NCBI GenBank assembly: GCA_963696385.1
Contig: CAVOKF010000004.1
Span: 544,001 to 608,000, forward strand
Origin: an uncultured delta proteobacterium
GTDB lineage: Bacteria; Myxococcota_A; Polyangia; Polyangiales; Polyangiaceae
DNA length: 64,000 nt
Reading direction: 5' to 3'
Shown here: piece after piece, positions 1 to 8,868 of the stretch
How the letters are laid out: every line of letters begins with the position of its first letter
How positions within the stretch are numbered: position 1 is the first letter of the stretch
Translations under genes and position numbers: made by a program
Notes under the pieces: generated by a model
What the model saw: the letters and a program-made list of their open reading frames with translations, nothing else
What the model was told of the DNA's origin: nothing
The model's database searches: none

Positions 1-67
1 GGCTTGCTTGAACGGATCGAAGGTTTTGGGCTCCCATGAACGGCAAGCTCGATAGTCGGCCCGTGCG

Positions 68-1483
68 TCATCCCCTCGCGAGACGTCCCAGGCGGGTGAT
101 CGCGCCGAGGGTCCTTTCGTCCCATCCGTGTGCAAAACTCAGGCGGATGAAGTTCCGGTATTTCTCGCGCGCCGAAAAGAGCGGACCGGGGGCGATGCTG
201 ATGCCCTCTGCGAGCGCCCGCCTGTAGAGCGCGATGGCATCGACGTTCTTGGGTAGTTCGAGCCATGCAACGAAGCCGCCGGCCGGACGGGTGATGCGCG
301 TGTCGCGCGGGAAGTGCTTTGCGACGAGCTCGATGAGTCGGTCGCGCGATTGCCGGTATGCCGCCTTTGCGGAGCGCAGGTGACGATCGTGACCGCCGGT
401 CGCGAGGTATTGCGCCACCGCGATTTGCGGCAGCGTCGCGCAAGCCATGTTGCTGACCAGCTTGAGCGAGCTCACCTCATTGATCCAGCGCCCCGGTACG
501 GCCCAGCCGACCCGCAGCCCCGGTGCGATCGACTTGGATACGGACGAGCAAAGCAGAACCTGGCCCCGTACGTCCCACGACTTGATCGCGCGTGGCCTCG
601 ACGGGCCGTAAACGAGTTCGCCGTAGATGTCGTCCTCGATGAGGGGAACGTCGTGGGCCTCGAGCATTCGCAAGAGCGCGACCTTGCACTCGTCGGGCAT
701 CACGTAGCCGAGGGGATTGCTGGCGTGCGGCGTCAGCACCACGCCCTTCACGGAGAACTGCTCGATCGCCATCTCGACCGACTCGAGCCCGATCCCTGTC
801 TCGGGGTGGGTTGGGATCTCGATCGCACGCAGACCGAGCGAGCGGATCGCGTGCAGCGTACCGTAGAAGGTCGGCGACTCGACGGCGATCGTATCTCCGG
901 GTCGGGAAATCGCCCGTAAACACAGTACGACCGCTTCCTGGCAGCCGCTCGTGATGACCACGTCGTCGGGGGTCATCGAGCAGCCCGCATCGATCCCTCG
1001 GCGGGCAATCTGGACGCGCAACTCGCGGTATCCGGGCGGCACCTCGTATGCGAGAGCGCGCGCTCCGAACGCGCGCGCGACGCTCGGCATGAGCCTTCGG
1101 ACAGCGCGAGGCGCGTCGAGCCGGACATCGGGCGTAGCGCTCCCGAAGGCCACGAGCCTCGGGTCGGATGCCGCGTGGACCACCTCCATGGCGATCGCGC
1201 CGACCGAGACCTCGGTCGGTGAGGCGCGCGGGCGCGACATCGCGGGCGCGTCCGGAGTCCGAGCGGTGATTCGAACGTAAAACCCCGACTGAGGTCGGCT
1301 CTCGATGAGCCCACGGTCGAGGAGCTGACCGTAAGCCTCGAGCACAGTCGAGATGCTGATCGCGAGGCGCCGCGCCGTCTCCCTCACCGAAGGGAGACGA
1401 TCTCCGGGGGCGTAGAGGCCCTCGGCAATCTCGCGCGCCAGAGTCTCGGCGACGCGCGCGTACAACGTTAGTGCGGAGGCCAA
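68..1483 (-). CDS. MocR/GabR-family regulator (GntR wHTH + PLP aminotransferase domain)
   Basis: N-terminal LYARVAE..GDRLPSVRE..STVLEAY HTH; AAT motifs IEDDIYGEL and SVSKSIAPGLRVGW. TTG start at 1483 is preceded by GAGGGG; the ORF-track start at 1612 looks over-extended. Confidence 0.92.
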   Translation of the reverse strand: MASALTLYARVAETLAREIAEGLYAPGDRLPSVRETARRLAISISTVLEAYGQLLDRGLIESRPQSGFYVRITARTPDAPAMSRPRASPTEVSVGAIAMEVVHAASDPRLVAFGSATPDVRLDAPRAVRRLMPSVARAFGARALAYEVPPGYRELRVQIARRGIDAGCSMTPDDVVITSGCQEAVVLCLRAISRPGDTIAVESPTFYGTLHAIRSLGLRAIEIPTHPETGIGLESVEMAIEQFSVKGVVLTPHASNPLGYVMPDECKVALLRMLEAHDVPLIEDDIYGELVYGPSRPRAIKSWDVRGQVLLCSSVSKSIAPGLRVGWAVPGRWINEVSSLKLVSNMACATLPQIAVAQYLATGGHDRHLRSAKAAYRQSRDRLIELVAKHFPRDTRITRPAGGFVAWLELPKNVDAIALYRRALAEGISIAPGPLFSAREKYRNFIRLSFAHGWDERTLGAITRLGRLARG

Positions 1484-1484
1484 A

Positions 1485-1522
1485 CTGTACCCCTCGTGAT
1501 TGGGCCATTCTGCATCTGTACC
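1485..1522. promoter_or_regulatory. Candidate MocR operator: CTGTACC direct repeat
   Basis: CTGTACC at 1485-1491 and 1516-1522 (31 bp period) in the short divergent intergenic region. Confidence 0.45.
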
Positions 1523-1577
1523 GGGCACCATGATGCCTGCATCGTCCTTTCCAGCAAACCTCGAAAGGACGGTACCC

Positions 1578-2486
1578 ATGGGATTTCCCGCCATCTGGAT
1601 GAACGGGCGCATCGTCGCTCCCGCCGACGCCCGCGTTTCGATCTTCGACCACGGACTGCTTTACGGTGACGGCGTGTTCGAAGGGATTCGCTTCTACGGC
1701 GGGCGCCCCTTCCGGCTCGACGCGCACCTCGGCCGTCTCGAGCGGTCCGCCGCGGCGATCCACCTGCCGCTGGCGCACCCGCGCGATTCGTTGCGGGCTG
1801 CGATCGACGCGGTCATCGCGGAAGCCGGCGCGCCGGACGGTTATCTCCGGCTGATCGCTACGCGTGGCGAGGGCGACCTGGGGCTCGATCCGCGCTCGTG
1901 CAGGGATCCGACTACGGTCGTGGCCGCAGCGCCCTTGCGCGCTTTCGGGGGAGCGGGGGGCGCGCAGTTCGGCATCACCGCGATCGTGGCCTCCACACGG
2001 CAGGCGCCGCCCGACGTGATCGACGCCCGAATCAAGAGCCTCAACTATCTGAACCGATTGCTCGCCCGCATCGAGGCGGTCCGCGCGGGGGCGGACGAGG
2101 CCTTCGTGCTGAACCGGCAGGGCCAGCTCGGGGAGGGCACGACCGATAACGTGTTCCTCGTGCGCGACGGGATCCTGCTCACACCTCCGGCGCGCGACGG
2201 AGCGCTCGAGGGAATCACGCGAGGCGTAGTGTTCGAGCTTGCGAACGACCTCGGAGTCCCTTTGCGGGAGGAATCGCTAGGAACCTATGACTTGCATGTC
2301 GCGGATGAGGTGTTCGTCGCTGGAACTGGCGCGGAGCTCGTGGCCGTTCGGACGATCGACGGTCGTTCGCTCAGGACATGCCCGGGCCCCATCTTCCGCC
2401 GGCTTGCCGAGGCTTTTGAAGTCCTCGTCCGTCGCGAGACGTCCGATCCCAGCCGAGGATCGCCTTCCGCATCGGCAGGTTCGTAG
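1578..2486 (+). CDS. ilvE: Class IV PLP aminotransferase (branched-chain amino acid aminotransferase-like)
   Basis: DHGLLYGDGVFEG, KSLNY (PLP Lys), EGTTDNVF, LEGITR; AAGGA RBS before ATG 1578. Confidence 0.85.
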   Translation: MGFPAIWMNGRIVAPADARVSIFDHGLLYGDGVFEGIRFYGGRPFRLDAHLGRLERSAAAIHLPLAHPRDSLRAAIDAVIAEAGAPDGYLRLIATRGEGDLGLDPRSCRDPTTVVAAAPLRAFGGAGGAQFGITAIVASTRQAPPDVIDARIKSLNYLNRLLARIEAVRAGADEAFVLNRQGQLGEGTTDNVFLVRDGILLTPPARDGALEGITRGVVFELANDLGVPLREESLGTYDLHVADEVFVAGTGAELVAVRTIDGRSLRTCPGPIFRRLAEAFEVLVRRETSDPSRGSPSASAGS

Positions 2487-2773
2487 CCGACGTGCGTCCA
2501 ACCCCCGCCTGCGGTCGTCGTTTCGCCATTTGCGAGACGCTCGATACGCTTGGGGTGCGCGATTCGGCTGCGGGCGGCTTCAATCCCAGAACGGTCCCCT
2601 CGGTCTCGCAGGTCGCCGTGCCCGAGCCCCCAGACGGTCGCCAAGAGGACGCCGCACGGATGGCTCGGCGACCTCGTGGGCAAATCCGTCACGCCACTGT
2701 AAAAATGCGGCACTCGGAATGATTCGGATCGGAAAACTATTTTTGAGCTTCAGGCTACGTTCGTCGCTACGTA

Positions 2774-3334
2774 ATGCACGTGTACGTGCCTCGCCAAGTG
2801 GCGCCCGAACAGCCCGCGGACGACGCAGAGCTTGTCGACCTGATCCGGCGCAGCGACAAAGACGCCTATCGAGTCCTTTACGCGCGCTATGCGCGCTACC
2901 TTGCCGGGGTCATCTTCCGCCTACTGGGCGCCGACCACGAGCTCGACGACATCGTCCAGGAGTCGTTCGTCGACGCCGTGGAGGGGATGGACGGGCTGGA
3001 GGAGGCGGCTCGGCTTCGCTCCTGGCTCGTAACGATCGCGGTCCGAAAAGTGAACCGGGTGCTCTTGGCTCGCCGACGTCGCAGGTGGCTCGAGGGGAGT
3101 TTAGCTATCCTTCTTCCCCACTCGCACACACCTGCCGGGGACTGGTCCGCCGACGAGCTCGTGCGGGCGCTCGATCAGATCCCGCCAAAGCTCCGCATAC
3201 CCTGGACCTTGAGCCGAATCGAGCAACTGGAGCTGACTGACGTGGCGAGCGCCTGCTCCATTTCGGTAGCGACCGCTAAGCGCCGGATCGGCGAAGCAGA
3301 TCAACGCTTACGGAGATGGCTTGATGCTCAGTGA
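2774..3334 (+). CDS. ECF sigma factor
   Basis: 186 aa; region 2 DDIVQESF..RSWLVTIA and region 4 SVATAKRRI. Alternative GTG start at 2780. Confidence 0.9.
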   Translation: MHVYVPRQVAPEQPADDAELVDLIRRSDKDAYRVLYARYARYLAGVIFRLLGADHELDDIVQESFVDAVEGMDGLEEAARLRSWLVTIAVRKVNRVLLARRRRRWLEGSLAILLPHSHTPAGDWSADELVRALDQIPPKLRIPWTLSRIEQLELTDVASACSISVATAKRRIGEADQRLRRWLDAQ

Positions 3335-4394
3335 ACACATCGAAAGGCTGCGGAGGCAGATGCTGCCGCCTTGGGACCATCTCCGGGAGCGCCGGGTGCT
3401 GCGCGAAATCGAGCGTAGCCTGGAACTGAGGCAAGCGCGGAGAAGGACCATCCGGCAGGTTGCCGTCGCGGCCTCGGTGTTGCTGATCGTTGCAGCGCCG
3501 TCTGTTACCTACTTGGTAGCGCTGGAGTTCGGAAGGAAACGGGCTCCCGAACGGCCCACCGCACCGGTGCAGGTTGCCGCGAGCCAACTCGTGCCGGCTC
3601 CGGCGCCGGCAGCAAGCTTCGACGTGTTCGAATCTCGTCGGCTGGCCGACGGGACGAATCTCGATCTGTCTCGAAACGCGCGTCTCGACGTTCTGAGCGA
3701 TTCGAAAAAGAAAGTCGAAATCGCACAGAGCGCGGGCTACGTGCGGTACAGCGTGCCGCCTTTGCCCGGGCGATCGTTTCTCGTGGTGGCTCGAGGGGTG
3801 AGAGTGCAAGTGAAGGGTACCCTCTTTGTCGTGGGGGTCGACTCCGACAAGGTCTCGGTCAAGGTCGAGAAGGGGTTGGTGCAGGTCTCTGCGAACAGCG
3901 GCGAGGTCGAGCTGGGCGTTGGCGACGAATTGAGTACCTGGGCCAACGAGGCGGTTCAGCTCGATGCTTCGACGCCATCGAACGGAATGCCGCCGGCCCG
4001 GACCTCGCGGGCTCCCGCCGGGTCGTTTCCTTCAGCGGATGCGCTGTTGGATCGCGCCGACGCCGAGCGGCGGTCGGGCGACCTGGTGGCGGCGGCGGCC
4101 ACTCTGCGATCCGTGCTGGGGCGCTATCCCGATGATCGGCGGGCAGCGCTGGCCTGGTTCACGCTTGGCAAGGTCGAACGCGGTCGCGATCGAGCCGCTG
4201 ACGGCGCGAGGGCGTTTCGCGCCAGCTTCTCGCTCGCTCCGGACGGCCCCCTCGGCGAAGACGCACTTGCGGAAGAGGCCGCGGCATGGGCTGCCGCCGG
4301 CGAGCCGGCGGAGGCGCGGGCCACCGCCGAGCAGTATCTGCAGCGGTTCCCGAATGGGACCCACGCGGCCCGCATGCAACACATCGTCGAATGA
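3324..4394 (+). CDS. FecR-domain anti-sigma factor with C-terminal TPR
   Basis: Single TM helix; FecR motifs LADGT..L and VQVKGTLFVV..VEKGLVQV; TPR tail (YLQRFPNG); overlaps the sigma gene. Confidence 0.88.
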   Translation: MLSEHIERLRRQMLPPWDHLRERRVLREIERSLELRQARRRTIRQVAVAASVLLIVAAPSVTYLVALEFGRKRAPERPTAPVQVAASQLVPAPAPAASFDVFESRRLADGTNLDLSRNARLDVLSDSKKKVEIAQSAGYVRYSVPPLPGRSFLVVARGVRVQVKGTLFVVGVDSDKVSVKVEKGLVQVSANSGEVELGVGDELSTWANEAVQLDASTPSNGMPPARTSRAPAGSFPSADALLDRADAERRSGDLVAAAATLRSVLGRYPDDRRAALAWFTLGKVERGRDRAADGARAFRASFSLAPDGPLGEDALAEEAAAWAAAGEPAEARATAEQYLQRFPNGTHAARMQHIVE

Positions 4395-5506
4395 CGAGGA
4401 TCCTCCGGGCGAGGTGGCTCGGGGTCGCACTTGCCGCGATCGCGAGTCTGCCCGCGGTTACTGTCGCGGATCTGCCTTCGGGGGCCTCTTCGCCGGGAGG
4501 GCTGCCCCTGCAAGGCGCGGGGCCGGGCAACTCGGCTTCCGGGATCACCGCGCCCGCTTCGCCGATTGGGTCGGCGCCCCTGCGAGGCCCGGCCGGGGAG
4601 AACCCGACTTCGGGGGTGAGTGTCGCGACCAGCAGCTGCACGAGCCTTCGAGCCGAGCGCATCGAAGAGCTGCTGCGGCTCGAGATCGCGACGCTCGTGC
4701 CGGTCGTCGCGGCGCTTCCGCCACTGGAGGTCGATCTTCTCTGTGAGGGAACCCACGTACGCGTAACGCTTCGCGATCCGGTGACGGTCAAGATCGTCTC
4801 ACGTGACGTATCGATCGGGGGCACGGCTGACCCCGAACGAGCGCTCGCGCTCGCCGCTTCGGAGCTGTTTCTCGCTTCGTGGGCGGAGCTCCTCATCCTG
4901 CAGAGGCCGCACGACAGGACCGCGGCTTCGGACGTCGCAGTGGTTGCGGCCCAAGCAGCCGTCGAACGGGCGATGCCGTCGCGTCCGCACGCTCCGTCAC
5001 CCTTCTTGACGATCGATCTGATGGCGATCGGGCGCGAGAGACACCTTTCGGCACCGCTTCCTACGCTTGGTGCCGCGGTACGTGTCGGTCAAGCGACCGG
5101 AGATCAGCATCAGTTGTTTGCCGTGGCGGGCTGGGAATGGGGCAGCGTGCAGCGACCGTCGGGTCGCGTCGACGTGAACGCGACATCCGCAGGAGCAGGA
5201 ATTCGATGGCGCGTCCACTTCGGAAAGGCGGAGCTCGGCGTGTCAGGCGCCATTTCGGTCGTCTATGTCTCGCTCCAAGGCGTCTCCTCCTCTCTCGATT
5301 ACTTCGGAGCGCGTCGCGATGGCCTAACTGCCGAAGCCGCCGGGACGATCGACGTTGGCGTGACGCTGCGGGCCTTTCGGCTTGGCGCAGCCCTTCAAGG
5401 GGGAGCTCTAGCCCCCGGGCCGGTCGGTCTTGTTGACGGCGCGACGTCGGTTCAGCTGGATGGGGGTTGGGTAGGCGCGACCTGTTTCGCTGGGCTGCTT
5501 TTGTGA
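4391..5506 (+). CDS. Secreted protein, C-terminal half a probable outer-membrane beta-barrel
   Basis: ATGA-coupled to FecR; signal peptide; C-terminal alternating Gly/hydrophobic strands ending GWVGATCFAGLLL. Confidence 0.7.
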   Translation: MTRILRARWLGVALAAIASLPAVTVADLPSGASSPGGLPLQGAGPGNSASGITAPASPIGSAPLRGPAGENPTSGVSVATSSCTSLRAERIEELLRLEIATLVPVVAALPPLEVDLLCEGTHVRVTLRDPVTVKIVSRDVSIGGTADPERALALAASELFLASWAELLILQRPHDRTAASDVAVVAAQAAVERAMPSRPHAPSPFLTIDLMAIGRERHLSAPLPTLGAAVRVGQATGDQHQLFAVAGWEWGSVQRPSGRVDVNATSAGAGIRWRVHFGKAELGVSGAISVVYVSLQGVSSSLDYFGARRDGLTAEAAGTIDVGVTLRAFRLGAALQGGALAPGPVGLVDGATSVQLDGGWVGATCFAGLLL

Positions 5507-5634
5507 ACGGCCAGCGTCGCTGCCCGTCGCTGCCGGTATTCGTTTCAGCTGCACAAAACCATCCCGAACATAAGAGCGCGCATTTCGGCCGATTGCTCTG
5601 AGCTCCGCACCCGCTGGGCCCGCACTCATGGTTT

Positions 5635-6941
5635 GTGAACCAACCTGCAGCAAGCCTCCGCACCCGAAAGCCGACCCGCTCCGGACGGGCCTCTTCGCGC
5701 CCGCGCCGCGCGAAGCCAACACGCGGGCATCGCTTCGCCGTCACGCTGGTTGCGTGCCTCCTCGTCTGCGCGAGTGATGCCCGGCCGGTTGCCGCCGCCC
5801 CGGCCGGCGCTCCCATTAAAGTGTCTTGCATAGGGGAGCAGACCACCCACAGCGATCTCTATCCAGGGAATACCCAGGACCAGCCGGTCGGGATGCAAGA
5901 GTATCCCGCGATGCTTCAGGGGCTCCTCGGATCCGGTTACAACGTGATGAACTTCGGCGATTGCTGCGCCTCGGTAATCAGCGGCTACACCGCGTCCGAA
6001 ACGCACCCGTACATCAACGGAGATAAGTTTGGACCGAGCGTAAGCTTTGCGCCCGACATCGTAGTCATCGGGTCGTGGGGTCGTCACGACTGGGGAATGT
6101 CTGCGCAAAACGCGCTCGCGGCCTTCAAGGCGGGGGACACGACGACGGATTTCACGAAGTTTCAAACGGACTACGACACGTTGGTGTCCAAGTACCTCGC
6201 CATTACGCCTCAGCCCAAGATTTTTGTTCTACGCCGATTCCAATCCCGTTCGGCAATGACGGCCCGGACGACGGTTACAAGACCAGCCCGGCGGCCGCCG
6301 CGGTCAAAGCCGTCTGTCAAAAATACAATCTACCGATCATCGACCTCTTCACCGCCTTCACCGGACACATGGAGTACTACATCAATCCTCCGGAGAAGGA
6401 CTCCGAAGGAGAGCACACGAGCGTCGCCGGTATGACGGAGACGGCCCAGCTCGTGTACGACGCGATCACCGGCGCGGACGCCGGCGGCATCGTCCTCGCG
6501 GCGGCTTCCGACGGTGGCTCGGCGACCGGACCCGGGGCCCAAACAGATGCCGGCCAGTCCGACGCGTCACTCTCGGGAAGCAGCGCGGGCTTGGCCGCGG
6601 ACGACGACGGTGGCGTTGCTCCCGGCAGCAGCGCCGCAAGTTCCAGCGCCAGCGCCACGGGCGGGAGCTCGGGTGCGACCGGTGCCGCGTCGACGAGTGG
6701 GCCTGTGGGGACCGGCTCGGTGACGAGCGTTCCGAGCGCCACCGCCACCGCCGCAGCCACGACCGGTCCGAACGACAACCCCGTAGAGTCCACGACGGGC
6801 TCCTCTGGAAATACGGGTGGAGGATGCACCACGGCAGCCGGGGTGACCGCGTCCGTGTCCTGGAGCGGCGCGCTCTTTACCGCCCTTGGCTTGACGCTGA
6901 TCTCGCGGCGCCGCAAGCGGCCGTCGCGCCCTGAAGCTTGA
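5635..6941 (+). CDS. SGNH/GDSL-fold surface protein with MYXO-CTERM anchor, frameshifted near 6225
   Basis: Blocks I-III lie in ORF 5635..6435 and block V plus GGGC..TM..RRRKR in ORF 6075..6941. Adding one base at 6221-6230 (TTTTTGTTCT) restores PKIFVSTPIPIPFG. Confidence 0.75.
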
Positions 6942-7017
6942 CGCCAATCTCGCCCCGCCGCAGCCGGCGGCGGCCATTCCGTGACCGCTGAAGGATTCAC
7001 GAAAGGACTTTCGTCGC

Positions 7018-8868
7018 ATGAAAACCCATAACTACGTACCGGGCGGTGAGCATCCGGACGCTGGGGATTCGCACTCGAACCCGCGGCGCACGCGCACTCC
7101 GATTACTTCCCGTGCGACCTGGATCCGTCGAGGGTGTCTGGCGCTGGCGCTGGCCGGCTGCACCGGCAAAATCGGCGGAGCCTTCCTGACGGGTACTGGG
7201 GCGGGGGAAACTGCCGGCTCTCCAAGCGGTGACACGGCAGCCGGAGCCGCAGGCGGCACAGCGGTGGCCGGTTCGGACGGTGGCCCTCCGGGTCCGTGCG
7301 TCGGGCTGACTACCCGTCGCGCAAGGCGTCTCGCCGGGCGCGAGTACGCCAACGTCGTCGGGGGCCTCTTGGGGCCGACGGCCCAAGCCGCAGTACTCGC
7401 CGCGTGGCCCAGTGAACCGACGGTCGAAGGCTTCGACAACCAAAACAGCGCGCTCTTCGTCTCGGCGTCTCTGCAACAAACCTTGGCCGCTCTCGCGCTT
7501 CAATTGTCGGCCGCCATCGACGTGAGCACTCTCGCCCCATGCGCAACGACTGCAGGTTCGGCGAGCTGCCTGCAGTCGTTTCTCACGTCGTTCACGTTGC
7601 AGGCGTTCGGCAGGCCTCTGACAAACAGCGAAAATTCGGCCTATCTTGCTCTCGCCAACACGGCGACGGACTATCCCACGTCCGTCCAGATGCTCGTCGA
7701 TATGGTGCTGCAGTCGCCCTACATGTTGTACACGAGCGAGCTCGGCCCCGACGACGGAATCGTCGAAAACGCCGAGGGCGGATTGACCGGGCCTGACGGG
7801 GGCGTGTTGCAAGGCGAAGGGGGCGCCCCACCGTCACTGCCGCCCGTCCAACTGACCTCCTACGAGATCGCGTCCCAGCTGTCTTTCCTCCTCACGGGCA
7901 CCCGTCCCGATGCCACTCTGCTGCAACTCGCGCAGACCACGGACTTGACCAGCGTCTCGGACCTCGAAGCCCAAGCCCAGCGCCTGCTCGCGACCACCGC
8001 GGGTCAGGCCTCTCTGGCTCGATTCATCACCGGTTGGATGGACATGGGTCCCATGGCCACCGTGCCGAAGTCGCCGGACGTGTACCCCGAGTACACGCCG
8101 GCCGTAGCTGCCGCCATGCAGCAGGAGTTCGACCAGTTCGTGACCACGCAGTTGAACGGCGGCAACGGTACGTTCGCTTCGTTCTTCACGGCCTCGAGCA
8201 CCAACATCCCCGCCGCGTTGGACTCCATTTACGGCAGCGACCTCCTTGCGTCGGGAGAGCTCGACCCCACACATCGCAAGGGCTTGCTCTCGTTGCCCGC
8301 GGTGCTGACGTACAACTCGAACGACATCAACTCGGGCCCCATCGAGCGCGGGCTTCTCGTTCGCCGCCAGCTATTCTGCCAGGTCGTCGCGCCGCCGCCG
8401 GCGGCCGCGCTCGCCGCCATCGCGTCCGACCCGTTCACGCTCGACGCGGGGATGACCACACGTCAATTCTTCGAGACCCATGCCAGCCAGCCGGCTTGCG
8501 CGGGCTGCCACGCCCAGTTCGACCCGGAAGGGTTCGGCATGGAGGATATGGACGGTCTCGGGCGGTTTCGAACCACTGACAATGGCTTGCCCGTCAATTC
8601 ACTGGGACAGCTGACGGGCACGGACGTGGACGGGACGTTCACGGGTCCGGCCCAATTGTCCGTCATCCTCTCGCAGAGCCAAGAGGTGACCAGCTGCATG
8701 GTTAGTCATTACTTCAGTTTCGATCAGGCTCGCGACCCAGCGACCGCGGACGAGTGCACCGTGCAAAATTGGACCAGTCAGCTCGAACAGAGCGGCGGAA
8801 AGATCATCGCCCTGGTCAACACCTCGGTGGCCGACAAAACCTTCGTTACCAGAGAGGATGACCGATGA
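7018..8868 (+). CDS. DUF1592/DUF1588/DUF1595-type lipoprotein with one CxxCH
   Basis: LALAGC lipobox; RRLAGREYAN; LQSPYMLY; LTSYEIASQLSF; GPIERG; CAGCH..DPEGFGME..DGLGRFR. Confidence 0.88.
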   Translation: MKTHNYVPGGEHPDAGDSHSNPRRTRTPITSRATWIRRGCLALALAGCTGKIGGAFLTGTGAGETAGSPSGDTAAGAAGGTAVAGSDGGPPGPCVGLTTRRARRLAGREYANVVGGLLGPTAQAAVLAAWPSEPTVEGFDNQNSALFVSASLQQTLAALALQLSAAIDVSTLAPCATTAGSASCLQSFLTSFTLQAFGRPLTNSENSAYLALANTATDYPTSVQMLVDMVLQSPYMLYTSELGPDDGIVENAEGGLTGPDGGVLQGEGGAPPSLPPVQLTSYEIASQLSFLLTGTRPDATLLQLAQTTDLTSVSDLEAQAQRLLATTAGQASLARFITGWMDMGPMATVPKSPDVYPEYTPAVAAAMQQEFDQFVTTQLNGGNGTFASFFTASSTNIPAALDSIYGSDLLASGELDPTHRKGLLSLPAVLTYNSNDINSGPIERGLLVRRQLFCQVVAPPPAAALAAIASDPFTLDAGMTTRQFFETHASQPACAGCHAQFDPEGFGMEDMDGLGRFRTTDNGLPVNSLGQLTGTDVDGTFTGPAQLSVILSQSQEVTSCMVSHYFSFDQARDPATADECTVQNWTSQLEQSGGKIIALVNTSVADKTFVTREDDR

